Source: Candidatus Actinomarina sp. (GTDB lineage: Bacteria; Actinomycetota; Acidimicrobiia; Actinomarinales; Actinomarinaceae). From it: a stretch of 64,000 nucleotides of DNA. The translations under genes and the position numbers were made by a program. Location: contig JAYQSV010000001.1 of the NCBI GenBank assembly GCA_038147085.1, positions 67,447 through 131,446 on the forward strand, read 5' to 3'. Below, piece by piece: positions 1 to 9,519 of the stretch. Positions within the stretch are counted from its first letter, which is position 1, and each line of letters starts with the position of its first letter. The notes under the pieces were generated by a model. The model was not told the DNA's origin. It did not search any database and saw nothing but the letters and a program-made list of their open reading frames with translations.

Positions 1-395
1 TTTACAACTAGGTTCTCTTCTTCTAGTTGGCCTTCAACGCCACCTTCTAAACCAAATGATTTTACAAGTCCATCTAAAAATTCTATTGAAACCTTTAATT
101 GTTCGTCTTTATCGGCTTCAATCCTTGGTTTTTTAGGACTATATGGTTTTTTATTACCATTTCTATTATTTCTAAAATTTTTATTTTTATTGTTAAATGG
201 TTTATTTATTCCATTTCTTACGGAAATTCTTACTAAAGCTTTTTTACCACCTACACCAAAAACCCCACCTTCTGGTTCTTGTAAAATGTTAATATTTGCT
301 TGTGTTGCGTCTTCAAGGTTGAGTTCTTTTAATCCTGCTTTTATAGCATCGTCAATTGATTTTGCTTCAACTTCTACCCACTTATTATTAGGCAT
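1..395 (-). CDS. jag: Jag/KhpB-like RNA-binding protein, N-terminal part (gene runs off window edge)
   Basis: Not in the ORF track. Minus-strand ATG at 395 overlaps the yidC stop (TAATG). Translation MPNNKWVEVEAKSIDDAIKAGLKELNLEDATQANINILQEPEGGVFGVGGKKALVRISV resembles a Jag N-terminal domain. Canonical position downstream of yidC. Confidence 0.6.
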   Translation of the reverse strand, partial: MPNNKWVEVEAKSIDDAIKAGLKELNLEDATQANINILQEPEGGVFGVGGKKALVRISVRNGINKPFNNKNKNFRNNRNGNKKPYSPKKPRIEADKDEQLKVSIEFLDGLVKSFGLEGGVEGQLEEENLVV

Positions 396-1213
396 TATTT
401 TCTCCTTCTTTTTTTGCGGTTTTTACGAGGATTTTCAGATATTGGGCTATCTGCATCGGTTTCGTTTTTTTCATCTTTTTTATTAGATTTTTTATTATCT
501 GATTCTTTGTCGTCAATTTTGACAATTAAAGCCTGCTGGCCAATTCTAAATATATTTCCAGTTAAGAAATATAAAACAAGCCCAGTAGGCAAAGTCCATG
601 AAATAAATCCAAAAAATATAGGCATTACCTTTCCAATCATTTGCATTTGTTGAGCTTGTGGATTGTCAGATTTGCCTGCTTTTTTTTGTATCTGATTTTG
701 CTGAAATAGAGCTGTCAAAATAACTAAAAGAATTAATACTAGATATGGAATCCTTTCTAACCAGGTAGCAACCTCTGAGGGTGGTACTTGAAGATCCATT
801 GTAAAAAAAGCCAATCCTGCATGTAAATCCAAATTCTGAAACAAGCCTGAATCAGAAGGTATAAAGTTTAATGGTTCACGTAAAACTCTAAATAAAGCAA
901 ACCAAATAGGCATTTGAATAATAAGTGGAAGTATGCAACCTAATGGATTAATACCTTTTTCTTTATACATTGCAGCCATTGCTTTATTAAGCTCTTCTTT
1001 GTTGTCTTTATACTCTTTTTGAATTTTTTTAATATCTGACTGAGCATCTTGCATTCTTTTGGTTGACCTGGTTTGACGTAAAGTTAATGGAAAAATTACA
1101 ATATTTATAATTACAGTCAAAATAACTATTGAAAACCCATAAGAATTTGTATAATCAAATAAATATGAGAGTAAAAACCCTATAGCTAGCGCAAATGGTT
1201 CTAATATTGCCAT
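395..1213 (-). CDS. yidC: Membrane protein insertase YidC (short form)
   Basis: 272 aa multi-TM protein with a basic C-terminal tail (KNRKKRRRK), in the rpmH-rnpA-yidD-yidC order. Confidence 0.9.
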   Translation of the reverse strand: MAILEPFALAIGFLLSYLFDYTNSYGFSIVILTVIINIVIFPLTLRQTRSTKRMQDAQSDIKKIQKEYKDNKEELNKAMAAMYKEKGINPLGCILPLIIQMPIWFALFRVLREPLNFIPSDSGLFQNLDLHAGLAFFTMDLQVPPSEVATWLERIPYLVLILLVILTALFQQNQIQKKAGKSDNPQAQQMQMIGKVMPIFFGFISWTLPTGLVLYFLTGNIFRIGQQALIVKIDDKESDNKKSNKKDEKNETDADSPISENPRKNRKKRRRK

Positions 1214-1416
1214 TTTTTACCAATTTTCATATATATTGTGTTGCAGGTAAATAGTCTTTTAACGATTAGAGGTATTGATCTTAATAGTCCTTTGTTTTGC
1301 AAACTTTCAGCTATTGCATCACTACAACTTGGATAATAAAGACAGTTACCGCCAGCAAGCCCTAAATAATTTAGAAATGCTCTTGAAAACTGAAAAATAA
1401 AGCTTAATACTTTCAT
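1201..1416 (-). CDS. yidD: Membrane protein insertion efficiency factor YidD
   Basis: 71 aa with a YYPSCSDAIAESL motif, comparable to the YidD CRFxPTCSxYA motif. Lies between rnpA and yidC. Confidence 0.8.
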   Translation of the reverse strand: MKVLSFIFQFSRAFLNYLGLAGGNCLYYPSCSDAIAESLQNKGLLRSIPLIVKRLFTCNTIYMKIGKKWQY

Positions 1417-1737
1417 TTACTTTTTTAGTTTGGGGTGAGAAGATATTATTTCTTTAAGCTCAATTGTTGTTAAGTTTGAAGATTCGTTATTTCCAATTAC
1501 TAATATATCAACAATTGTGTCTGTCTCAATTCCCCTAACTGCTTCCTTAATCCTTCTTTTAAATCTATTTCTGTTTACTGCGTTTGCAAAATTACTAGAT
1601 ATAGTTACGCCTAGTCTTGAAAGTTCTTGATTGCTTTCTTTTATAAAAACTTTCAAATTATTTGCAGTAAAGCAAAATTTTTCTTTTCTTAGGTTTTCAA
1701 AATGAATTTTTTTATTTAACGCAGTGAACTTCACCAC
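1417..1737 (-). CDS. rnpA: Ribonuclease P protein component
   Basis: 106 aa with RLGVTISSNFANAVNRNRFKRRIKEAVR, matching the RNase P protein RNR motif. Directly downstream of rpmH. Confidence 0.85.
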   Translation of the reverse strand: MVKFTALNKKIHFENLRKEKFCFTANNLKVFIKESNQELSRLGVTISSNFANAVNRNRFKRRIKEAVRGIETDTIVDILVIGNNESSNLTTIELKEIISSHPKLKK

Positions 1738-1742
1738 TGAAC

Positions 1743-1877
1743 CTATGCTGACAGAATTTTACGACCTTTATTTCTTCTTCTTTTAAGAATATCGCGACCT
1801 GCTCTTGTTCGCATTCTGGATCTAAAACCGTGTTTTCTGCTTCTTTTTCTATTACTAGGTTGATAAGTTCTTTTCAT
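1743..1877 (-). CDS. rpmH: 50S ribosomal protein L34
   Basis: Not in the ORF track (44 aa). Manual translation: [44 protein letters not shown], a near-canonical L34. Confidence 0.95.
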   Translation of the reverse strand: MKRTYQPSNRKRSRKHGFRSRMRTRAGRDILKRRRNKGRKILSA

Positions 1878-2147
1878 TTTTTACCTGACTGTAAGAATAT
1901 ATCGAAAAAGTTTTTATTCAAACCAAAAAAATTTTTAATTTTTGAAGTTCGCGAAAACTATATTTACTTCGCGAAAAAGAAACTAACTAGTATTCTAAAA
2001 AAATTTATTTTAACTTTTCAATCAGACTTTGTGATGAAAAAAGCACTGTTTTTATTGGGTTTTTACTAGGTATTAAATAAATTGTGAAATATTAGTTTGA
2101 TTTTCACACTCTATTAAAAATTATTGTTTTAATTTAAATTATTTTTA
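1878..2147. promoter_or_regulatory. rpmH-dnaA divergent intergenic region: dnaA promoter and candidate oriC segment
   Basis: 270 bp non-coding at the strand switch. TGTGA/TCACA elements at 2030-2034, 2083-2089 (TGTGAAA) and 2102-2108 (TTTCACA, inverted). An A/T-only tract lies just upstream of the dnaA ATG. The DnaA-box assignment is not secure. Confidence 0.35.
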
Positions 2148-3479
2148 ATGGAAACGCAAAATTTATATTCTCTTGATTTAGATATGATCATTAAAGATAT
2201 TGTTAGCGCTCTTCCAAACAAAACAGATAGATATTGGTTAGACCAGGTTGAATTTAAATTAACGGAAAGTTCGGATTTAAACATTGTTGTCGGTTCCGAT
2301 TTTATAAAACATTCAATCGAAAAAAAAGTTTTCAGTGTAATTAAAAGTGTTTTTCAAAACCATTCATCTGGTGACTGTATTTTTATATTAGACAAAAACT
2401 TCACAGCAAAGTCTTTTTACACCGAGGAGCCTTTAAATCAAAGCATATCTAATAGTGAAGAGAATAAAACAGTAGACCTATATGATCTTTCTCATTTTGA
2501 GAATCTTTATGTTGGGAGTTGTAACAATCTTGCTGTTACTGCTGCAAAAAACATAGTGGTTGCTCCTGGTTCAAGATTTAATCCTCTGTTTATTTATGGT
2601 AAACCTGGTGTTGGTAAAACCTTTTTATTAAAAACAATTGAAAAATCTTACTCGTCTTCCTTTTATATTGATTCAGAGTCTTTTTTGGAGTCTTTTGTGT
2701 CAGGAATTAAAAATGGTGACATAGATAATTTTAAAAGCAAAATCCGTTCGGTTGATATTTTGTTAATCGATGATATACAGTTTTTTCTTGGCAAAAAAGG
2801 GGTGTCGGAAGAGTTGTTTCACACAATCAACTATTTTTTGAACAACTCTAAATCTGTTGTTTTGGCTTCAGATCAAAAACCACAAGACTTAATTGGTTTT
2901 CCTGAAAGATTAGTTTCAAGAATCCTAAATGGTTTAGTAACGGATATTGAAAAACCGGATAAAAATATTTTGTCAGAAATGTTGAAAAAGACAAATGTTG
3001 AACATGGATCAATGCTGTTAACAAAAAAAGAAGTTGGGTTGCTTTTGTCATTAGACTTTCAAAGTTTTAGAGAAGTAAACGGCGTCATAAACAATTTAAT
3101 TATCAACAAGCAAACAGGTGTCGGAAACTCTAAATATGTTGCTGAGTTGGTTTCTATGTATACAGAAAACAAAATACTTGAGCTTACTCCAGAGTTTATT
3201 TTGAATTACGCTTCTGGTGTATATCAGGTTGATGAAAAACTAGTTTTATCTAAAAACAGAAGTGAGCAAGTTAGTAATGCTCGACATTTGTTTATTTACT
3301 TAATGAGAAAACACACAGGGTATTCCTTAAACCAAATCGGTTTGTATGCAGGAAACAGATCTCATTCAACGGTTTTGTCTTCAATAAAAAAGGTTGAAGA
3401 ATCTCCAAGCTTGAAGAGAGAAATAAACATTTTCAACAATAAGGTGCTTTATATAAACTCGGCATTATCTGGTGTTTAG
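2148..3479 (+). CDS. dnaA: Chromosomal replication initiator protein DnaA
   Basis: 443 aa with Walker A GKPGVGKTFL, Walker B LLIDDIQF and a C-terminal DNA-binding helix region ARHLFIYLMRKHTGYSLNQIG. Confidence 0.95.
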   Translation: METQNLYSLDLDMIIKDIVSALPNKTDRYWLDQVEFKLTESSDLNIVVGSDFIKHSIEKKVFSVIKSVFQNHSSGDCIFILDKNFTAKSFYTEEPLNQSISNSEENKTVDLYDLSHFENLYVGSCNNLAVTAAKNIVVAPGSRFNPLFIYGKPGVGKTFLLKTIEKSYSSSFYIDSESFLESFVSGIKNGDIDNFKSKIRSVDILLIDDIQFFLGKKGVSEELFHTINYFLNNSKSVVLASDQKPQDLIGFPERLVSRILNGLVTDIEKPDKNILSEMLKKTNVEHGSMLLTKKEVGLLLSLDFQSFREVNGVINNLIINKQTGVGNSKYVAELVSMYTENKILELTPEFILNYASGVYQVDEKLVLSKNRSEQVSNARHLFIYLMRKHTGYSLNQIGLYAGNRSHSTVLSSIKKVEESPSLKREINIFNNKVLYINSALSGV

Positions 3480-3586
3480 ATTGTCGAATGTTTTCAACAC
3501 AAAAACACCTAAAAACACTGGTGTTTTCGGACTTTACAACACTTCAAACAGCTTTATTATTGTTAAATATATAAAGGAATAAAAGA

Positions 3587-4702
3587 TTGAAAATTAAAAG
3601 TGATGTTAAAGAATTAAAAAGAGCTGTTATGGCTGTGTCCAGAGCTGTTGATCAAAAACCATCAACACCATCCCTACAAGGTATTTATATTAAATGCATC
3701 AATGGTTCGTGCGAGATTATAGGGTCAGACTTAGATTTAATTATTAAGGCTACCGCAAACGTTGATATAGAAGTGGAGGGAGAGTGCCTGGTTAATGCAA
3801 GAATATTAACTGAAGTTTTGAGAAAACTACCTTCAGGCAAGGTCACTGTTTCTGATCTTGGAAGTGAAATAAAAATTGAAACAGACCGATCTGAATATAA
3901 CTTAAGAAAACTTGATCACCTAACATATCCAAAAGCATTACTTGGTTCAAACTATGAAGAAGGTAATAGTCAAAAAATATTTACAGACGAACTTTTTTCC
4001 TCATTAAAAAAAGTTGGAGTAGCCGCATCACCAGAAGGAGGAAAACCGATCTTAACAGGTGTTTATTTTGATAATAACGAAAACAAAACTAACCTCGTTT
4101 CAACTGACAGTTATAGGCTTGCTGTAAACACTGTGTTTGACCTTCCAATCACCGACGCAGGAATAGTTTCTTTTAGGTCTTTAAACGAAGTTATAAAACT
4201 GTTTGAGGAAAACGAAGGTGAGATCTATATAAACTCTTCAGAAAGAGAACTTCATTTTTACAACAATGTTTTTTATGCTTCGGTTAGAAAACTCGAAGGA
4301 AGTTTTCCAGCCTACGAAAACCTTTTTCCAAAAGAAAACCTCTTTTCGATCGAAGTATCAAAAACAAAAATTTTAGAAGCTCTTGATAGATCTACTGTTG
4401 TTGCAGAAGGTTTTATACCGGTAACTTTAAAGATTGTAGATGGAAACACTTTAAACATATCTTCAACCAACAAAGATATTGGTGGTGGAACAGAAGATGT
4501 TGACATAAGAATTTTAGGTTTAGAAGTGGGTGATTTAACAAGTTTTGAAATGTCATTTAATCCAAACTTTTTAATTCAAGGAATAGAAGTATTGGATGGC
4601 TCAACCGCCTATTTGAGGTTTTCAAGCAACGAAAAACCAATAGTTATACAAGGTGAAGAAGAACATTTCAAATACTTATTAATGCCAGTTAGAACAAACT
4701 AA
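3587..4702 (+). CDS. dnaN: DNA polymerase III beta sliding clamp (TTG start)
   Basis: 371 aa, typical clamp length, follows dnaA. Motifs LTGVYF and STDSYRLA are characteristic of DnaN. Confidence 0.9.
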   Translation: MKIKSDVKELKRAVMAVSRAVDQKPSTPSLQGIYIKCINGSCEIIGSDLDLIIKATANVDIEVEGECLVNARILTEVLRKLPSGKVTVSDLGSEIKIETDRSEYNLRKLDHLTYPKALLGSNYEEGNSQKIFTDELFSSLKKVGVAASPEGGKPILTGVYFDNNENKTNLVSTDSYRLAVNTVFDLPITDAGIVSFRSLNEVIKLFEENEGEIYINSSERELHFYNNVFYASVRKLEGSFPAYENLFPKENLFSIEVSKTKILEALDRSTVVAEGFIPVTLKIVDGNTLNISSTNKDIGGGTEDVDIRILGLEVGDLTSFEMSFNPNFLIQGIEVLDGSTAYLRFSSNEKPIVIQGEEEHFKYLLMPVRTN

Positions 4703-4705
4703 ACC

Positions 4706-4990
4706 ATGTTTTCTGATCCAGAAAAATTTGATCCGGAAAACAATACTCTTGGTATAAACTTTAAAAACTCTGAAAAAGTAAAGAAATTTATCGAAAATTC
4801 TGACTTTACCTGGAAACAAGCCGTTGTTTCTGGGCCGGTAGCAGGAGATACAGTAACACTCTATGTTGATAATCCAAGGGTAAAAAAAATGGTTCAACTT
4901 CAAACCTATCAATTTCTAATAGATCTTGAGAAAAAAACAAATCTAGTTTTAAAAACAGTTAATGTTCAAATTTCTAATACCCAGCAATAA
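4706..4990 (+). CDS. DUF721/DciA-like small protein
   Basis: 94 aa between dnaN and gyrB, where actinobacteria carry a DUF721 gene. The pattern W..AV.G.VAG.T....V....L.V resembles DUF721. Confidence 0.5.
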   Translation: MFSDPEKFDPENNTLGINFKNSEKVKKFIENSDFTWKQAVVSGPVAGDTVTLYVDNPRVKKMVQLQTYQFLIDLEKKTNLVLKTVNVQISNTQQ

Positions 4991-5065
4991 TATATAAACC
5001 TAGTAAAATAAGAGTTCAGCAGGGGCTGTAACAACAAAATAGGAAACGTATCTTGGAGATATTTC

Positions 5066-6997
5066 GTGTCTAAAAAAGATTCAAATAACACTAATACTTA
5101 TGATTCTAAAGATATAAAAATTCTTGAGGGTCTTGAGGCGGTTAGAAAAAGACCGGCAATGTATATTGGGTCAACTGGTCCCAATGGATTACACCATTTA
5201 ATTTGGGAAGTTTTAGACAACTCAGTCGACGAAGCCATGGCTGGAAGATGTTCAAAAATTTCAGTTTCTCTTGAAAAAGATGGATCTGTAACCGTTGTAG
5301 ATGATGGAAGCGGAATACCTGTAAAACCTCACCCCAAAACAAAAGTTTCTGCACTAACAACGGTATTAACAACACTACATGCAGGTGGAAAATTTGAATC
5401 TGGTGCATATACCGTTAGCGGAGGGTTACACGGTGTTGGAATTTCAGTAGTTAACGCACTTTCAACTAATGTCAAAGTTGAGGTTCAAAGGGACGGACAT
5501 TTTTGGAATCAAGAGTTCAACCTTGGAAAACCAACATCAAAAATTAAAAGAGGTAAGGTTTCTAAAAAAACAGGCACGTCCGTCAACTTTACTGCAGACC
5601 CTGAGATTTTTAGCGAGACACAAACATATGAATATAACATTGTTGCTGAAAGGTTAAGACAAACAGCTTTTTTAAATAAGGGTTTAAGTATTACTTTGGT
5701 TGACAATAGGGTTAAACCTGCAACAGAAGAAACATATTTATACAAAGGTGGCTTGGTTGATTTTGTAGGCTATCTTAACGAAGGTTTTGAACCACTTCAC
5801 ACGAAAGTAATATCTTTTTCTGATGACTCAAAAGATTCCGAAATAGAAGTGGCTTTACAGTGGAAAGTTGAAGACGACGTTACGGTTAAAAGTTTTGCTA
5901 ACAATATTCACACACTAGAAGGTGGAACTCACGAAGAAGGTTTAAAAACAGCAATTACAAAAGCTGTTAACGACTTCGCCAAAAAAAGAAATTTACACTC
6001 AGACATTTCACTTACAGGAGACGATATTAGAGAGGGTATGACAGGCGTTGTTTCTGTAAGGGTTAGAGAGCCTCAATTTGAAGGACAAACTAAAACAAAA
6101 CTTGGTAATACTGAGATGAAATCAAAAGTTCAAGTTCTCATTAATGAAGAGTTTCCAAAATGGTTAGCAAAAAATACAGCAGACGGAAGAGCAATTGTAG
6201 AACGTTGTGCGCTAGCAGCAAAAGCAAGAATGAGCGCAAAAAAAGCAAGGGAATTAACAAAAAGAAAAAGCATCCTAGAAACCTCAGGTTTGCCAGGAAA
6301 GCTAGCAGATTGTTCATCAACCGATCCAACAGAAAGCGAGCTATTTATTGTTGAGGGAGACTCAGCTGCTGGACCAGCTAAACAGGCAAGAGACTCAAGA
6401 GTTCAGGCTATATTGCCTATTCGTGGAAAAATTATAAACGTTCAAAAAGTTACTGAAAACAGAGCTCTTCAAAATGAAGAAATAAGCGCATTGATTAAAG
6501 CTATAGGAACAGGTATAAAAGCTGAATTCAACGCTGAAGAGTCTCGATATGACAAAATTGTATTTTTAACAGATGCTGATGTAGATGGAGCCCACATCAG
6601 AACCCTTCTCTTAACTTTTTTCTTTAAATTTATGCCAGGTTTAATTACTAGTGGAAAAGTTTGGATATCAGAACCACCTCTTTATAGGCTTAAATCCTCC
6701 TCAGGCATTGTATATCTAAAAGATGACGAAGCCTTAAACGAATATAAGAAAGAAAATAAAAATAAGAAGTTTGATATAAGTAGGTTTAAAGGCTTAGGTG
6801 AAATGAATGCTGGTGAACTTTGGGATACAGCTATGAATCCTGAAACCAGAACATTAATTCGAGTTACACTTGCAGATGCCAAAGGCGCGATGGCAAAGGC
6901 TTCAGAAATGTTTGAAGTGTTAATGGGTAATGATGTTACAAAGAGAAAAGAATTTATTGAAAACAACGCTAAAGACGTTAGATTTTTGGATGTTTAA
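5066..6997 (+). CDS. gyrB: DNA gyrase subunit B (GTG start)
   Basis: 643 aa with ILEGLEAVRKRPAMYIGST, LHHLIWEVLDNSVDE, the EGDSAGG-like motif VEGDSAAGPAKQARD, and PLRGK-like ILPIRGKIINV. Confidence 0.97.
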   Translation: MSKKDSNNTNTYDSKDIKILEGLEAVRKRPAMYIGSTGPNGLHHLIWEVLDNSVDEAMAGRCSKISVSLEKDGSVTVVDDGSGIPVKPHPKTKVSALTTVLTTLHAGGKFESGAYTVSGGLHGVGISVVNALSTNVKVEVQRDGHFWNQEFNLGKPTSKIKRGKVSKKTGTSVNFTADPEIFSETQTYEYNIVAERLRQTAFLNKGLSITLVDNRVKPATEETYLYKGGLVDFVGYLNEGFEPLHTKVISFSDDSKDSEIEVALQWKVEDDVTVKSFANNIHTLEGGTHEEGLKTAITKAVNDFAKKRNLHSDISLTGDDIREGMTGVVSVRVREPQFEGQTKTKLGNTEMKSKVQVLINEEFPKWLAKNTADGRAIVERCALAAKARMSAKKARELTKRKSILETSGLPGKLADCSSTDPTESELFIVEGDSAAGPAKQARDSRVQAILPIRGKIINVQKVTENRALQNEEISALIKAIGTGIKAEFNAEESRYDKIVFLTDADVDGAHIRTLLLTFFFKFMPGLITSGKVWISEPPLYRLKSSSGIVYLKDDEALNEYKKENKNKKFDISRFKGLGEMNAGELWDTAMNPETRTLIRVTLADAKGAMAKASEMFEVLMGNDVTKRKEFIENNAKDVRFLDV

Positions 6998-9519
6998 TGC
7001 CAGCTAAGAAACCAACAAACAAAAAACCGGCTCAGAAAAAAACTGCAGCAAAGAAACCTACCCAAAAAATTTCAACACCTAAAAAAATAGAGGCTGAGAA
7101 CGATACGTTGGTAGTTGAAAACGGTCTATCTACAATTCCAGTTGAAGATGAAATTTCAAAATCATTTTTAGATTATGCGATGTCAGTTATTGTTTCAAGA
7201 GCTCTTCCAGATGTTAAAGATGGCTTAAAACCAGTTCAAAGAAGAATTCTATATTCAATGTATGAAACAGGAATTAGACCAACAGGTCCATTCAGAAAAT
7301 GTTCAAAGGTTGTAGGTGATGTTATGGGTAATTATCACCCACATGGAAACGATGCAATATACGGAACTCTTGTAAGATTAGGCCAGCACTTCAGCACACG
7401 ATACCCGCTTATTGAACCTCAAGGAAATTTTGGAACTCCAGATGATCCACCTGCTGCAATGAGATATACAGAATCAAGAATGTCACTTTTAGCATCACAA
7501 TTATTGGATGGAATTGATGAAGACACAGTAGATTTTGATGCAAATTACTCAGGTGAAACTTCTGAGCCTAAAGTCTTACCTGCAAGATTTCCAAACTTAT
7601 TAGTTAACGGTGCTGAAGGAATTGCTGTTGCAATGGCTACTAACATGCCTCCATATAATCTACGTGAGATTACAGAAGCTGTTAAAGAGACTATTAAAAA
7701 TAAAAATATGAAACCAAAAGACTACTTAAAAATTATTAAAGGCCCTGATTTTCCAACTGGTGGTTTGGTAGTTGATACACCAACTATTAAAGAGGCAATA
7801 TTAAAAGGAAGAGGCTCAATAAAAATGAGAGCTGTTGCTGATGTAGAAGAACTAGGTAGGGGAAGGTCTGCAATTGTAGTTAAAGAGCTTCCTTATCAAG
7901 CTTCTACAGACAGAATTATGGAAAAAATTGCATCACTAGTTCAAGACAAAAAGCTTCAAGGAGTTTCTGACCTGCGAAACGAAAGCAGTGATAGGAACGG
8001 AACAAGATTAGTTGTTGAATTAAAAAGAGATGCTGTTCCACAAGTTGTGTTAAATGAACTCTTTAAGCAAACACAGTTGCAAGATACATTCTCTGTAAAC
8101 TCAGTTGCTTTAGTTGATGGTGTGCCTAAAGTTCTGTCTGTTCCAGAATTAATTCAATATTATATTGATCATCAGATTGACGTAATTCAAAGAAGAACCC
8201 AACATAGACTAGAAAAAGCAGAAAATAGATTACATATAGTTGAAGGCTTACTTCTTGCATTAAACAAAATTGATCAAATAATTAAAGTAATCAAAGCTTC
8301 TAAAGATGTTGAAACTGCAAGAAAATCTTTAATGACAAAATTTAAATTATCCGAAATTCAAGCATCCCATATATTAGATATGCCACTGAGAAGGTTAACC
8401 GCTCTAGAAATGGAAAAACTTGTAGAAGAGAAAGAAGAGCTAAAAGAGACAATTAAAAATTTAAAAGAAATTCTTAAAAGTAGAACTAAGCAAGATACCA
8501 TTTTGGTTGAAGAGCTAGAAGCAATAACTAAAAAATTTGGAGACGAAAGAAGATCAAGAATTGTCCCAGACGTAGGTGAAGTTTCAATAGAGGACTTAAT
8601 TGAAGATGAAGAAATAATTGTATCTGTTTCGGCTAACGGGTATGTTAAATCGGTTCCTTCAACTTCCTATAAAAAACAAGGAAGAGGTGGAAAAGGAGTT
8701 AAAGCAGCTTCTTCAGAGGAAGATATTATAGAACACCTTATTGCAACTTCAGTTCACTCATATTTACTATTCTTTACAGACAGAGGAAAAGTTTATAGAG
8801 CAAAGGCACATGAAATACCAAAAACAAACAGAACTGCAAGAGGATCGTTAATACAAAATGTATTAACCATGAGTCAAGAGGAAAAAGTACAAGCAATTAT
8901 AGACACAAGAGATTATGAAACAGAAAAGTTTTTATTAATAATGACAGAAAAAGGAGTTGTTAAGAAGTCTAAATTTAAAGATTTTGACTCCAACTATAAA
9001 TCTTTACAAGCAATCACTCTTAAAGATGATGACAAAGTAGTTTCTGTTAAAACCACTTCTGGAAACGAAGATGTAATTTTGGTATCACAAAAAGGTCAAG
9101 CAATACGATTTGAAGAGAAAAATCTTAAACCACAAGGCAGAACCGCCCAGGGCGTAAGGGGCTTAAAGCTAAGAGAAGGAGATAAAGTAGTTGGTGCAGC
9201 CACCTCCAGAGATGAAGCGCTACTTTTTGTAACAGCAAAAGGCTATGGAAAAAGAACAAAACTAGATGAGTTTAGAAAAGCCGGTAGAGGTGGAATGGGA
9301 GTTAAAGCATTAAAAGTTACAGAGTCCAAAGGTAATTTAGTTGGAGCCAGGTCAGTTGATGAAGATACTGAAGTAATGCTTATGAGTACAGGTGGAACTG
9401 CTATAAGATGTGCAGTAAAGCAAATAAAACTTATGAGTAGGTCAGCACAAGGTGTTAGAATTATGAAGCTTTCATCAGAAGAAGAGGTGTCAGCTTTTAT
9501 ACCAATAAAGAGTGAATAA
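6997..9519 (+). CDS. gyrA: DNA gyrase subunit A with a Lys-rich N-terminal extension
   Basis: 840 aa with SFLDYAMSVIVSRALPDVKDGLKPVQRRILY and the active-site region AAMRYTESRM. The ATG overlaps the gyrB stop (TAATG). Confidence 0.97.
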   Translation: MPAKKPTNKKPAQKKTAAKKPTQKISTPKKIEAENDTLVVENGLSTIPVEDEISKSFLDYAMSVIVSRALPDVKDGLKPVQRRILYSMYETGIRPTGPFRKCSKVVGDVMGNYHPHGNDAIYGTLVRLGQHFSTRYPLIEPQGNFGTPDDPPAAMRYTESRMSLLASQLLDGIDEDTVDFDANYSGETSEPKVLPARFPNLLVNGAEGIAVAMATNMPPYNLREITEAVKETIKNKNMKPKDYLKIIKGPDFPTGGLVVDTPTIKEAILKGRGSIKMRAVADVEELGRGRSAIVVKELPYQASTDRIMEKIASLVQDKKLQGVSDLRNESSDRNGTRLVVELKRDAVPQVVLNELFKQTQLQDTFSVNSVALVDGVPKVLSVPELIQYYIDHQIDVIQRRTQHRLEKAENRLHIVEGLLLALNKIDQIIKVIKASKDVETARKSLMTKFKLSEIQASHILDMPLRRLTALEMEKLVEEKEELKETIKNLKEILKSRTKQDTILVEELEAITKKFGDERRSRIVPDVGEVSIEDLIEDEEIIVSVSANGYVKSVPSTSYKKQGRGGKGVKAASSEEDIIEHLIATSVHSYLLFFTDRGKVYRAKAHEIPKTNRTARGSLIQNVLTMSQEEKVQAIIDTRDYETEKFLLIMTEKGVVKKSKFKDFDSNYKSLQAITLKDDDKVVSVKTTSGNEDVILVSQKGQAIRFEEKNLKPQGRTAQGVRGLKLREGDKVVGAATSRDEALLFVTAKGYGKRTKLDEFRKAGRGGMGVKALKVTESKGNLVGARSVDEDTEVMLMSTGGTAIRCAVKQIKLMSRSAQGVRIMKLSSEEEVSAFIPIKSE

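Noticed and set aside
190-653. Plus-strand ORFs 190..486 and 414..653
   Set aside because: They are antisense shadows of the jag and yidC genes, which have clear family signatures. Their translations are low-complexity.
1830-2069. 79-aa plus-strand ORF upstream of dnaA
   Set aside because: It overlaps rpmH on the opposite strand and otherwise covers the AT-rich rpmH-dnaA spacer. The peptide is low-complexity with no family resemblance.
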